63,960 bases of DNA, filler included, from Octopus bimaculoides (GCF_001194135.2; 7 parts of 6 records of this genome joined end to end with filler, not necessarily neighbours in it), one strand, 5' to 3'. Positions 1-13,432 are shown, counted from the whole stretch's first letter. Numbers and translations are program-made. Notes: generated by a model not told the origin, from the letters alone.

Positions 1-65
1 ATACATATATATATACACACACACATATATATATATATACATACACATATATGCCATGCAAACAT

Positions 66-96
<31 letters not shown>

Positions 97-214
97 CACA
101 CACACGCACACACACACGCACACACACACGCGCACACACACACACACGCACTTACATATATATGAACTAAGTATTTGCATGAGTACTTAGACATATGTAT
201 TTACATACATATGA

Positions 215-500
215 AAGCGCGTGACCCAGTGTGTAGGCTGTTGCATTCTCGATCGCAATATTGTGGTTTCGATTCCCAGGCCGGCAGTGCGTTGCGTTCT
301 TGAACTCCAGTCCACTTAGCTATATGGGTAACTGTGGTGAACTGGAGATCTTTTCAGGAGGAAGCTCGGCCTGCTTGCCTACCTAGTCAGTGGAGATGGC
401 ATCATTCGAAAGATACAACAAACAATGCGAGAAAGTGCACTTTGTCCAGCGGTGTGAAATAACATCAGATAATCTGGTTGATATATTGACACTGTGACTT
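215..500 (+). mobile_element. tRNA-derived SINE, family C (decayed)
   Basis: B-box-like ggtttcgattccc head. Similar sequence occurs at 21530-22200(-), 43985-44280(+), 59161-59427(-) and partially at 29755-29870(+). Confidence 0.6.
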
Positions 501-639
501 ACATTCCGAATTCAAGTCATGCCGGAGTTCGTCACACGTTCCATTTTTCTGGGGTTGATAAGATGAAACAATTTATACGAGAAATGTACTTGAACGAAGC
601 CTCCCTCGAGAAAGTATGTGCGTTTTACTATCTTTTATC

Positions 640-858
640 TTTCTTTATCTTTTACTTGTTACAGTCATTAGAGTGTGACCATGCTGAAGCAACGCTTTGA
701 AGAATTTTTATTCGAATGAATTGGCTGCATAACCTTTTGTTAAGCCAGGTACTTATTCCATTGGTCTCTTTTTTGAACTGCTAAGTTACGGAGACGTAAA
801 CAAACCCACATCAGTTGTTAACGTAGGTAGGGGACTAACAAAGATATAAAGACACACA

Positions 859-894
<36 letters not shown>

Positions 895-1614
895 NNNNNN
901 NNNNNNNNNNNNNNNNNNNNNNNNNNNNNNNNNNNNNNNNNNNNNNNNNNNNNNNNNNNNNNNNNNNNNNNNNNNNNNNNNNNNNNNNNNNNNNNNNNNN
1001 NNNNNNNNNNNNNNNNNNNNNNNNNNNNNNNNNNNNNNNNNNNNNNNNNNNNNNNNNNNNNNNNNNNNNNNNNNNNNNNNNNNNNNNNNNNNNNNNNNNN
1101 NNNNNNNNNNNNNNNNNNNNNNNNNNNNNNNNNNNNNNNNNNNNNNNNNNNNNNNNNNNNNNNNNNNNNNNNNNNNNNNNNNNNNNNNNNNNNNNNNNNN
1201 NNNNNNNNNNNNNNNNNNNNNNNNNNNNNNNNNNNNNNNNNNNNNNNNNNNNNNNNNNNNNNNNNNNNNNNNNNNNNNNNNNNNNNNNNNNNNNNNNNNN
1301 NNNNNNNNNNNNNNNNNNNNNNNNNNNNNNNNNNNNNNNNNNNNNNNNNNNNNNNNNNNNNNNNNNNNNNNNNNNNNNNNNNNNNNNNNNNNNNNNNNNN
1401 NNNNNNNNNNNNNNNNNNNNNNNNNNNNNNNNNNNNNNNNNNNNNNNNNNNNNNNNNNNNNNNNNNNNNNNNNNNNNNNNNNNNNNNNNNNNNNNNNNNN
1501 NNNNNNNNNNNNNNNNNNNNNNNNNNNNNNNNNNNNNNNNNNNNNNNNNNNNNNNNNNNNNNNNNNNNNNNNNNNNNNNNNNNNNNNNNNNNNNNNNNNN
1601 NNNNNNNNNNNNNN

Positions 1615-1645
<31 letters not shown>

Positions 1646-1770
1646 CGAGCTTCTTTCAGTTTCCGTCTACCAGATCTACTCACAAGACTTTGATCGACCA
1701 GGGTTATAGTAGAAGACACTTGCCCAAGGTACCACGCTGTGGAACTGAACCCGAAACCATGTGATGTAAG
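640..1770 (-). mobile_element. SINE family A copy spanning the N gap 895-1614
   Basis: The 3' half at 640-845 and the 5' half at 1640-1770 both match the full copy at 63195-63553. Confidence 0.75.
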
Positions 1771-2002
1771 AAATTTATCTTTTATTTATTGGTATGACCC
1801 CAATCAGTTCCATTGAATTTATTGACTCTGGTACAAACACAACGAAACATAACTTCGTGCTTATTTGTAATCGACACATTGTGTCTATTTCTCGTTGACT
1901 ATTCATTGATATTTTCTTATTTATTTATTTAATTATTTATTTGCCTGTTGTTTATTTCAAGAAGAATTTTGGAAATAACTTCATGTTTTAGCTTTCTTCA
2001 GG

Positions 2003-2156
2003 TGCAAGTGTGGCTGTGGTAAGAAGTTTGCTTCCCATCCATATGATTCAGGGTTCAGTCCTGTGCCACTTTGAGCAAGTTTCTTCTACTACAGCCCTAA
2101 GCCGATCATAGCTCTGTGAGTGGATTTGGTAGACGGTAACTGAAAGAGGCCCGTCG

Positions 2157-2244
<88 letters not shown>

Positions 2245-2410
2245 TGAATTTGTCCTCGTGACTTAGCGGTTCGGTTTAAGACACTGATCGAATAAGTACC
2301 AAGCATTGAAAAAAATAAGTACTGAGGTCAATAATCTCGACCATAAAACCCTTCAATGCAGTGCCCCAGTATGGCCGCTGTCCAGTGACTGAAACAAGTA
2401 AAAGATAAAA
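2003..2410 (+). mobile_element. SINE family A (tRNA head, CORE-like ccttgggcaag segment, internal (TG)n)
   Basis: A-box-like tggctgtggtaag and B-box-like gggttcagtcc, followed by the shared body gtgagtggatttggtagacgg...gactgaaacaagtaaaag. Confidence 0.8.
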
Positions 2411-2659
2411 GACAAAGCACTGTGCTGCCTTTCATTCCACTTTTCTTCTTTTCCGTAGGAAAAATAAAGAAGTCACATGACGAAGGTATTGAAACAGTGC
2501 AGCCATAAACCAGACGATAAGCACACCACACTTAATGCCATACGTTTTGAGTTCAGGTCCAACCAGATCCTTCGGCATCAGTAAAACATTTACCAGATAT
2601 GTGACCATTTACATGGATTTAGTCAATCAATTTACCCTTCGCCATCGAATTTCTGATCC

Positions 2660-3730
2660 GCCTATGATAGAAACATTTGTTCTGAGTTCTAAACCAACCG
2701 AGTTCAACTTTATGTTTCATCCTTTCGGGGTGGATAAAATAAAGTACCAGTCAAGTACTGGGATCGATGTAATTGACTAACCGCCTCTCACAAAAGTTAT
2801 GACATTGTACCTATAGTAGAAAGTATTGTTATTATTATTCTTTACCTTCTGAGTTAAAATTCTGCCGAGGTTGACTTTGCCTTTCATCCTTTCAGGATCT
2901 ATGAAATAAGTACAGCTGAGCACTGAGGTCGATGTAATCGATTTGCCCCCTCCCCTAATATTTCAGGGCTTGTGCCTATAGTAGAAAGGATTATTATTAT
3001 TATAATCAAGGTAGTGAACTGGCAAAATTCTTCGCACGCCGGGCAAAATGCTTAATGGCGTTTCGTTGGTCTTTACGTTCTGAGTTCAAATTCTGACGAG
3101 CTCAGCTTTGACTTTCAACCTTTCAGGGTCGATAAAATAAAGTACTAGTTGAACACTGAGTTCGATGTAATCGACTGGCTTCTTCTCCCAGAATTTCAAG
3201 CCATGTACCTATAGTAGAAAATATTATTGGTTTTACATTCTGAGTTCAAATCCGACTGAGGTCCACATTGCATTTCATCCTTCTAAAGTCGATAAAATAA
3301 CGTACTAGTCAAGTAATCAACTGTTCCTTTCCTGAAAAATTTATGTGCTTGTGTCTAATTTAAAAATTATAAGAGGACAGTCTGTTGGCTGAGTCAGTAG
3401 AGCATCAGACAAAGTAATTTGCCATATTTATACAGAATTCTTACATACTTAGTTCTAATCCCGCAAAAGTTAGCTTTACTTTTCATTTTCCGGGCTGGAT
3501 AAAATAAAGTACTAGTTTAGTGCTGAGGTCAATCTACTCGCCTAATCCCTTCCCCTCAAATTTCTGTCCTGCGCCATTATTAAAACCAATTACAATTATT
3601 GAGAGCAGTCCACCGAGGTCGACTTTGCTTTTCCCCGCTCCGCTGTCGATAAAATAAGTACCAGTTGAGCACTAGGTCGATGCAATCGACTTACCTCTCC
3701 CCCGAAATAGCTAGCCTTATGTCAAAATTT
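2660..3730 (+). mobile_element. Head-to-tail chain of about six decayed SINE family B copies
   Basis: Repeated motif ttctgagttcaaat...gtcgactttgcctttcatcctttc...gataaaataagtaccag...gtcgatgtaatcgac. Confidence 0.8.
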
Positions 3731-5063
3731 TTATACCATTACTGAGGGCAATGGGATGGTAGACGGGAAAACAATAAAGTAGCGAAGAGATGGAAACGGT
3801 AATCTGTCACCGGTCACCTATTGATCTCATTCAATTGACTATTGTTATCGGCATCAAATGTCTGGACAATTGGCATCCCGCATCGTCATAGACGTTTTCA
3901 TCATCATCGTCTTCATTATCATCAACATCGTCTTCATTATCATCAGCATCAGTTTTCTTCATTTCGCTTTCTTCTCCATCCCTCTTCAAAGAGTACTTCA
4001 ACACTAGAATATCTCGACGTGTTCTATACCAAAACCATTGTCATCAACTCATTTTTTTATGTTATTTTGTCGTTGTTTTTTATGGCTTTAATTTTTCTCC
4101 TGTCTTACAGTTTATCAATTGTAATATGATACGAACGTCGATAAGCCAAGTGTTTTATATACAAGTCGGCGCTGCTTATTTCTATCGTCATGTCCTCAAT
4201 GATCGGTTGGCATCTAGGTAGTTTTAAAAAAAGCAATGGAATTTGTCGAGATTTCTCAGAGAACAGTGCATATTTTGGCAAGTTTCCATACACTGGGGGT
4301 GGATTCCAACGAATAACATAACTGTTCCCAACTACTTCATTTCAGAAATCTGATCGTACTGCACTGTTTGAAATATTAGACTTGAAAATACCTTGTCATC
4401 AAACTGAAGAACAAAACAAAAACTAAATTTACACTATTATTTCCTGATTTTCACGCACATACACCACAAACATACACTTAAGCACGCGCACACCACAAAC
4501 GTACATATACACATACTTAAGCACTCACAAATATTCATGCTATTTATATACACACATAGAACTAGAAAATTACACATGCAGGCACGTTTAAGTACGCACA
4601 CACTTACATATTCACACAATGATATACACATACACAGACACACACATAGAAACAACTAGAAAATTACACACACATACATTCACGGCAACCTAATAAATTA
4701 GTCTGGCATCTGAATTGTTAGTTAAGCAGAAGGAAGTTAACCATGTTGTTGGGGAGTAGCAAGGAAATTTTGTCAACAGCACATCCTAGTTTGTCTACGA
4801 TACTCTCTCCCTCTCCTTCTCTCGCTCTCCCTCTCTCTTTCTCTCTCCCTCTCTTACACCCGTTTCGTGCATATTTCTGAAAGTTCATCTATTTAGTATG
4901 TTGCCAAGTTCATATAGTTAGTGTGTCAAAAAAAAAAAAAAGAAAGAAAAAGAAAAGCGTTTATAGCTGTTCTACCTTTCCTAAATAACTCTGAAGAGAT
5001 TTGTAGAATTCAATAAACAAATAAAACAAATTGCATGATCATAAATGCTCCCACCACCGCCGC

Positions 5064-5129
<66 letters not shown>

Positions 5130-5419
5130 TAACCTCAAACTATGCCTTTTCATTGTCACCAATATCATTATTTCTATTGGCAGAATCGCTAGAGTGTGGG
5201 ATAAAATACTTTTTGATATTTAGTTACTTCACTTAACATTACTGAGTTCAAACCCTTCCGAGACCAACCAATTCATTCATCGTTCCGGAGAGATAAAATG
5301 TGTACAAGTCCAATACTGAACTCGATATAATGGATTATATCTCTCTGCAAAAATATTTGGCCCAGTGCCTGTGTTACAAGTTATTATGATTATGATTGCC
5401 AGTCAAAATTCCTGGCAGT

Positions 5420-6290
5420 ATGATCTACTTGCTGCTACATCCAACAACACCCAGACATATGTTGATGACACGATCCTGCGTTCCTCTCTCATTTTTCTCA
5501 ATTATACGTCGACCACGTATAGTTTAGACACCTCACAACAAATCTGCATTGATTCCATTAACAGAGTCCCTGAGAACATCTTCAGTGAAGTCATGTCAAC
5601 CGTGTTTCTTTTAACAAGCATAAAAACTCGAGCATTTTACTTTTCAAGAAAACACCATTCCACCACATCCCCAATAAATATGTGCAGTGCGGGATTTAGG
5701 ACAAATGAGGCCCTGTGCTAGTTAAGTTATGAAGCCCCTTACTTTTGTATAGAGAATTGTTTATGCACAATATTATGTTAAAAAAATAACGTGTAAAAGC
5801 GTTCACATTAATTTCACTTTTATAACTTTTAGGAAAAACATTTGAACGTTTGACATTTGAAAAATTCATCGTGAAAAATTTGGAGGGACAGGAAGATGCC
5901 CCCACCCCACTCTAGTCAACAGAGCCCTAAGCACAATGGCAAATCTGGCTCTGAATATGTGACACTCAGAACTCCATAGTTGCTCCAAATGCTAGGCATC
6001 ACTATCACCATGAGTTTCTGTTGACGAAAGCACATCCTCAGTACAGCAAGGACAGCATCACAAAGACTAGACCTTCACTTCAGGACCAGAAAATATTTAA
6101 GCCTACATCTGCTGACACTCTACAAGGCTCAAAATGAAGTACTGCTCCCACATAAGTGACGGTGCTACTACTATGAACAAGGACTTCCTGGACTGCATCC
6201 AGTGGAGGGCCATTCAACTGATTGAAATTTGATAACAAATGTACGCGATCCAGCCCCTCGAAGACCTGCAAAGGTCATGGGCAATTCTCC
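5420..6290 (+). mobile_element. CR1/L2-type LINE reverse-transcriptase relic, interrupted by a MITE
   Basis: Translation gives TYVDDTIL (YADD-type motif), then MLGITI, ASQRL, LLTLYKAQ and CIQWRAIQLI, with stops and frameshifts. Confidence 0.75.
5685..5953. mobile_element. hAT-type MITE
   Basis: Perfect 8-bp TSD aatatgtg (5677-5684 and 5954-5961). Imperfect TIRs cagtgcgggattt / aaatctggctctg (10/13). Confidence 0.8.
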
Positions 6291-6517
6291 TTCCTTCAAA
6301 CTCAACAATTAAAAAAGGAAGCATTAATTTCGTCTCTTCATGCCGAGGTCGATTTAACGTTCATCCACAAGAAAATCGATGAAATACGTCCCAGTCAAGT
6401 AATGGAGTCAAATGAATCAACTATAAGTATACCCTGTGGAAAATTTCCTGGTTATTATTATTATTTCTTCTTTTTGTCAGTCCACTCGCTCTCTCTAGCA
6501 GAGAGAGNNNNNNNNNN

Positions 6518-6577
<60 letters not shown>

Positions 6578-6949
6578 AAGATTCATTAACAAAGGTAAGG
6601 AAATTTTGTCCTATCAGTAATTGCAAGTGCACGAAAAATTTTCTGGAGGCACAGCTGTGCCGATAAAATGTAAGGAATCTTAAATTTTACAGATTCATTA
6701 GAATGCAACGTATATTAAAGTATTGTCTTGATGTTAAAGTTTGGGTTCCCAAATTTTTAGGCTATCGACAGCTTCATGGGATTCTCAGTCCTTCGGTGAC
6801 ACCAGGGATGCACTAAGAATACATATATAAAATATTATTCATATTAGTTAAAAAATATTAAAAAATAAAAAGGATACGAGAGAAAAACTTCCATAAATCA
6901 TACAGGTAATATTAAGCATATTAAAATGAATTAATTCTTTTTCATTAAC

Positions 6950-7480
6950 TCTAGGTATGTGTTTGATGTTCATTAGCAAGGACGTTGCTATTTAGTCGGA
7001 AATTAATGAGTTTTAGTCCTGAAGTTACTACATTCTTCCAAGTTCAATCTATTTCTATGCTTTGAGAAAACTGCATTTGTGTGTCTAGAAACCTGATTGA
7101 ACAATGTACAAACTTGTACTAAGGTTGGGGTTGCAGTGTTTACATTGCTTCGGTAAACGTCAGATTCGAGATCTACAAGCCTATCAACGAGTTAATCTCG
7201 GGAGATTCAATGTCTGCATTCCCTATTTTCAAATCAGTGTGACAATTCAGCCAATCGAATGCATTATCTCCTAGTTCTTCGAAAGTCGTCCGTTAGTTTT
7301 TCAAGGTGTTTCATGTATACCTCCAGATCACATCTGAAATTGTCTAAGTTGGAAAAATATTTAAAATCTTTACATGTCGATGTAGATATTTCTATAAGCC
7401 TATTTTACTTTGGAAGCCTATGCAGTTTACTCTATTTACAAGCGAATTTAATTCCATCACATAAAAGTTTGTGACATAAG
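6950..7480 (-). mobile_element. hAT (Charlie/Buster-like) transposase C-terminal relic
   Basis: Minus-strand peptides DLEVYMKHLEKL, NADIES and HTNAVFSKHRNRLNLEE...NVLANEHQTH resemble the C-terminal dimerisation region of this group. The sequence is frameshifted. Confidence 0.65.
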
Positions 7481-9309
7481 CATAGAATTGATGCTTAAAT
7501 TTCTTTTAAAGACAGACAATTATTAAACTACACCCTATGACGCGATTTATTCTTTAGATTTCTGTTGGAAATAATTACATATTGCTCTATGAAATAGGAG
7601 TTCCGTAAAAGGTTTTTCATGTTTACTTAGGTTCAAAAAGCTTTCCAGATTATTTCCATTGTAAAGAATGTTTTTATATATAAATATCAACTTTTTTTTT
7701 CATATCCCTTTCAGTTTCAGTGAAATATTTATGCAACCGAACCTAAATTATAATTTATAACTTATATGAAATATATATTTCTAAAGTTAAAGAACGTTGG
7801 AACTAAATATAAATAAATCATTATATTTACAAATATAAGGATTTTTAATGATGGTTTCAAATATACTATGAGATTCATATCATTCTAAGACACAAAAGTA
7901 CCCGACTCTTAACTTTCCAAACACTTTCTTCTTTTGATATTTTCTTTTTCTGGATACCAAAGCATTGATCTTTGGTGAACGAATGCCAACAGCTTCGTAG
8001 ATTCGAAGATCTTTATTTGTGATATTTCTGTTCATCATCAATTAGATTTGTTGAGATTTTTCAAAAGCCGTAAACTTGCAATTCTTTCTGCGTCACGATG
8101 CCATCACTCTGATATTTAGCTGTTGAAAGATAAATTCCTTTAGTATGTTTGCATGAATGTATGTGTGTGTTTGTGCATGGGTATGCATGTGTGTATTTGT
8201 CTGCATGTGTGTATTTACCAAGGAGAAATAAAGAACGTTCATATATATATATATATATATATGGAAAACATTCAGTTCGTGACTCAACAAATCTAAAACT
8301 TTATTTAAAAAATTCGTTTAGAATCTGAAAATATTTCCTTTTTTAATACAACGACAATTAGTATTTGCAACATAGATTACTATTAAAATTCTCTTTTATT
8401 TCAAAGTGCTGCTACCAAAAACTAATCGCTGTAAAAATAACTAGGTTAGACGATACAAAAATAGAAATGAAAACCCACTCGGAAGATCTTTAAGATCAAT
8501 AAACCGATTGCATATTTGTACAATATATTTTCTTTTTGTAATAATTTAAGCTTTATGTATGGAAGAATAAATATTCATATATAGAAATGATCTCGCAGGT
8601 ATATCTGAAACCTGAGTTTAATTAAATCGATATCTTTGCAGACATCTATTATCAGACACACATTTTCAAATCCCTATATGCCGGATCAAATTACAGCTAA
8701 CTGTGGCCTTAAGCACATCCCAATAATGATTCCTCTTTTGTTCCCTAACTCAAAAACAAAAATAAAAGACAAAAATAACCTGTGGAAAATTTTCTAAGTC
8801 AAAAGCACAGTCCTGCCATGATTTAGGTAAAAAAAAAAACGGAATGCATGATATCGAAAGAGATTAGAGTATTCTCTTTTACGTTAAAAAGTTTCACATT
8901 TCGTTCAAAATTAATATAAACAAGATTCTTATGATATCGTAGATTTCAGGATTAGTTGACGGATGCTTTCTTGTATGGTACTGCCATACAACACATTCTC
9001 TTAACAGCCAGGCAGAAAGACAGACAGACTGATAGACAGATAGACGGACAGACAGACAGACAGACAGACAGGCAGGCAGGCAAGCAGGCAGACAGAGAAT
9101 GAGGATAAAAACTCAAACAGAGACAGGCAGACAGACAGGGACGGGGAGAGATGGTTATACAATCGCATATGAATACAAGGTATAAGTACATATCTATGCA
9201 TGCATGTCTGTATATGCTTATGTGTGTATGTATGTGTATGTTGTGTGTGTTTGCATACCTACCTACATACATACATACATACATACATACATACATACAT
9301 ACATACATA

Positions 9310-9980
9310 ACCGATGAGACACGATGTTGTAGCTAGGACACTATAATGAAATCCGTCGGAAGGGAAATTCCGATCACAAACAAATAAGAACCCGCAATAT
9401 GGCAGAAGCCATAGCCACTCATGATAAAAAGAAATATTTGCTGAATGTACAAGTGAAAACTTCAATAAAATGTAAGCACAACAGACCTGATATAGTGGTT
9501 TGGGATAGAGAAGAGAAACTGTGCGCAGTTGTGGAAATTAGCTGCCCAGTGGATGTTAACATCAAGCTGAAGATCAGTGAAAAAGAGAACACCTATGCTG
9601 AACTATTGAGAAATCTGCAGTTACTCGATCCAGATTGCAAGTTCAAGTTTATACCTGTAATTATTGGGTCCCTGGGATATGTAACACAATGCCTAAATAC
9701 CAATCTTGAGAAATTAGGCTTCTCAAAACCAGAAAGAAGAAAGCTAATTCAAAGACTACAGATCCAATCCCTCATTGGAACTGTAAAAATCTGTAAAACT
9801 TTCCAGAAGTTTATCATTTAAAAATATATCAGTATGTCTAGATATGCAACTATATGCATAAGTACCCTGTTGTTTGATGTTGAAATTCCAATGAAGGAGC
9901 CTTGGATCTAGGTTAGAAACCGGCTCTTTATTGGAAAGAAATCTTGAAATAAACTGAATAATGACATACATACATACATA
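9310..9980 (+). mobile_element. 5'-truncated RLE-type non-LTR retrotransposon (R4/Dong-like): endonuclease ORF 9399-9821, 3'UTR and (CATA)n tail
   Basis: ORF carries the PD-(D/E)xK-type RLE motif HNRPDIVVWD...VEISCP...K...Y and ends GTVKICKTF. It is flanked by TACA repeats on both sides. Confidence 0.85.
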
Positions 9981-10323
9981 TCCACATACGAGCGGTGAGA
10001 AGAGAAAGTTCCAGTAATCGACTCTGGTATCTTGAGAATGAAACGCCGAAAGTCTCGAAGCGGTAATGAATTTGGTTAGTCTTGAAATATTCGGAATCAA
10101 TATCTATAATTAAGAGAGTTTGGAATAGTACAATTCTAGATAAACTATAAATATACTATTTGCACTGCTAGAGGTTTAATGCTGCATGCAATAAAGTATA
10201 TCTAATAAATTTATGTAGACAGTCATTTTAAACACGCACGTACGCATATTCAGTACGTACACAGATGTAAGTGTATTTTTCTAAGTTTACCTTGAGTATG
10301 CAATATGTATATAGAGTTTAGAG

Positions 10324-10670
10324 CAATGGTTATCAACCATTTTTATATATAGATCTCTTTGATTACTATTTTATTATGATGGACCTCCATAGCCATTCGA
10401 TGATTAGAAACTAATATTATTGAGATTTCTTTCAAAATTACTATTTTGTTCATCACACATTCACTTGTGATTGTTGAACTATATAAAATGTTAGAGAAAG
10501 AAACCTAGCTGTTTCTTACAATAAATATATCTACCACAAAATATTTTTCATTGATTCTTAAAATAATACTGTGGACCCAATTTACTACTGTGCTTATGTG
10601 CCCCCCCCCCGCCAAAAAAAATATTATATGAACCCCCAGGGGCCATATGGATCCCAATTGAGAACCACTG
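10324..10670. mobile_element. hAT-type MITE
   Basis: TIRs caatggttatcaa / ttgagaaccactg and 8-bp TSD gtttagag/gtctagag. Same family as 30688-30926. Confidence 0.8.
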
Positions 10671-11813
10671 GTCTAGAGTTTCCGTATGCGGACGCACCTC
10701 AACTTACGTTGGTAATTTTTCCATCAGAAAACGACGTAACACGAAAAAACATCTTTTAAATTTCATTAGCCAATAACTGTTTTAATAAATGTTTGTGCAT
10801 ATTTTCACATGTATTTTATTTGATTTTTCCATTTCGATATTAGTTTTTGTGTACGTTTTCTTTTATTTAAAATTTTTTAAATATGTTCACTAAAACCAAC
10901 CTAAAGTTAAATAAATCGTCTGAAGTTCAGGTTTATTTTCCATTAATTTCTTTAGAAACAAAACTACGCAAAGGCGAAAAAAGCGTAACTCGAAACTTTC
11001 TAAATTGAGTTTTGCTTATACTTTTTTTCTGGAAAAGAAAACCAATTGGTCACTTTATAGATTTCTAAAGCTCAAAATTGACCAATAGCTCGATATATAA
11101 ATGAACTTGACTGTTGAATTCAAACATGCAATGATAATGAAAGAGTGTTCCAGATTCTATTAAAGTGGTTTGGTTTGGTTTGGTTGTGATGGAGTTAATT
11201 AATAATCGACAATAAGCAACATTGTGTGCTGCGAGCTTAATTCACACAACCACTCTAAACTGAGTACAGTTTTTCATTCTATTTAACCGGGAACATTACA
11301 TATACATGTTTATAGCAGTTGAGCATAAACGAAATATATATATATATATATTTGGCCACTGCAGCATTCTGATATTCCATAATTAGTGAAGACAGATTGA
11401 GTTAAAGAAATAAGAACGACGTTTTGTGAGATTTACTAACACAACGCTGTGTCATGTCTTTGGTCGTTATTAGTATTTAAAGATAGACTAATTAAGAAGC
11501 TATCACTTAGAGAACACCTACATAACTTCCTGAAGAATTTGACAGCTCCTCTTTTAGTTAGCTTTGCCCGCCATTTAATATACCGTCGGCAACATGTCCC
11601 AGAACATTCTATAAACCATTTGGTGGGAAGATTTCAGCTCACCAATTGATCTGATTGGCTGATCCACTACCTCGTTGACTTTTACAGTAGCTGCGATCTG
11701 GAGCTGGGAGATAATAAACAAAACAAGATAATAAACAAAAATTTCTATTCAAACTGCATTTTATGTTCTAAATACTGGCCAATCTACCTGGAAATAGCTC
11801 TCTTCTAAAGTAT

Positions 11814-12118
11814 AATCAAAATAAGCAGCAAGGATATCCAGAGGCAATGCAGTACGATCGTTTCATGCAACTCCATTTAATTGAACAATGTTATCATTGC
11901 ATCAATTTAAAATGCAGAGCAATCCTCGGCTGCACAAAGACATAGAATCGAATTAAATTAGAATTAGGTTCTAATTTAATTAAATTCTATGTCTTTGTGC
12001 AGCTGAGGATTGCTCTGCATTTTAAATTGATGTAATGATTACATTGTTCAATTAAATGGAGTTGCATGAAACGATCGTACTGCATTACCTCTGGATATCC
12101 TTGTTGCTTATTTTGATT
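11814..12118. repeat. About 305-bp near-perfect palindrome (fold-back element)
   Basis: aatcaaaataagcagcaaggatatccagagg... pairs with ...cctctggatatccttgttgcttattttgatt. The centre is near 11966 and the mismatches are few, mostly transitions. Confidence 0.9.
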
Positions 12119-12274
12119 TTAATCACCTTACTTTGAAATTGTATGGATAATACCGTACTAAATTCTGGTGCCTCAACTTAAGTACCGTATTCACCTGGTC
12201 TATTTATAATGGCTGGCTACTACCACTTTTCACTGGGTGGGGTGTACAGTTTCACCATACAATACATACATACA

Positions 12275-13432
12275 AATTAAAAACACCTTAAAACCACAGT
12301 TCGTAGAAATCTTTTCTACTTTTTTCGAATCTATTGTTAAGCGACAGGCCATTCTTAACAAGATTAAGAAAAAAAAACTAACAATTCTAATGTTAAAAGT
12401 TATCGACGATTTTGCTGGAGAGCACATAGAATCATGTGATGTTGATTACTTGAATATTAATACCTTAATATATACAACTGCTATCACTCTTAAAAGGCAC
12501 CTAGAAGAAATCTGCCATATATATATGAAACTACTAAACGGAAGCAAACTCGATGGAAAACAAAATATGAAGAAAACATCAACAATTTGCAGCGCCATAT
12601 TGGATGGTTTACCACAATAAAATGTTTACACCCCACCAGTTCACCTTATGAATAAATTAACAAAAATCTATGGTGACTCTTCACACCAAGCTCTTAGGGG
12701 AAGATTAATTATTCTAAAACACCAACTCAGGACGCTAAGAGAAAGTCTTCGCAACCGCAGGCGAATTTTTGAATGAGCCTTTGTAAATCACAAGTTTACT
12801 TCTGACCTATAGGCATTATACAGAGAGATCAAGGAAAATATTGCCATTAAGTAGGTCCCCTTTCAAGAAGATCTTGAATCATTCTGACTAAAAATCTGGA
12901 GCGAAAAGAGGGACTTCAACCTTAATGAATCATGGCTAAATACAATAAAAAGAGAATACTGTACCGACATGAACAGTAAAACATATGTAGGCAAATTGTA
13001 CAATGCGAAGGCATCTGGAAGGGATCAAGTAGTGGACACTGGTACAAGAGGTTAACGTTTTATTGCAGATCACTATGTATTTTCAAAGGCACTATGAAGG
13101 TCAGCTTGACATACTAAACTGGCTTGCTGTAGCGCGTGCAAATCTTCTAGCCAAGAATGAAACCACCGATTTGGCAGAAAACTATCGGCCGAAGATTTGC
13201 CTAAACATTATGTACATCCTGTACTCAAGCTACCTCAACCAATGCCTCCAGGATCATTGCGAGTCCAAAGACACAGTGGATGATGAACAAGCAGAAAGAA
13301 AGAAGGGAATGTGGGGATGTGCCGAAGAATTTTTGATAAACAAAGCTGTACTGTCTGAAGTGAAAAAACACAATGGGAGCTTTGCAACAGTATGGCTTGA
13401 TTATAGGAAGGCGTTCGACTCTATTCCAATCT
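12275..13432 (+). mobile_element. RLE-type non-LTR retrotransposon N-terminal/RT relic
   Basis: Translation gives ENYRPKICLNIMY...EQAERKKGMWGCAEEFLINK...WLDYRKAFDSIP (RT motifs). The match begins right after atacatacatac. Confidence 0.8.

Noticed and set aside
835-1719. Long ORFs containing X runs (also 15148-16123, 19298-20417, 34176-35056, 36307-37232, 47039-47962, 55663-56731)
   Set aside because: They are open only because of N gaps and flanking dinucleotide repeats.
2459-2485. 27-nt phase-1 micro-exon candidates (also about 28278-28304)
   Set aside because: Too short to distinguish from chance AG/GT pairs.
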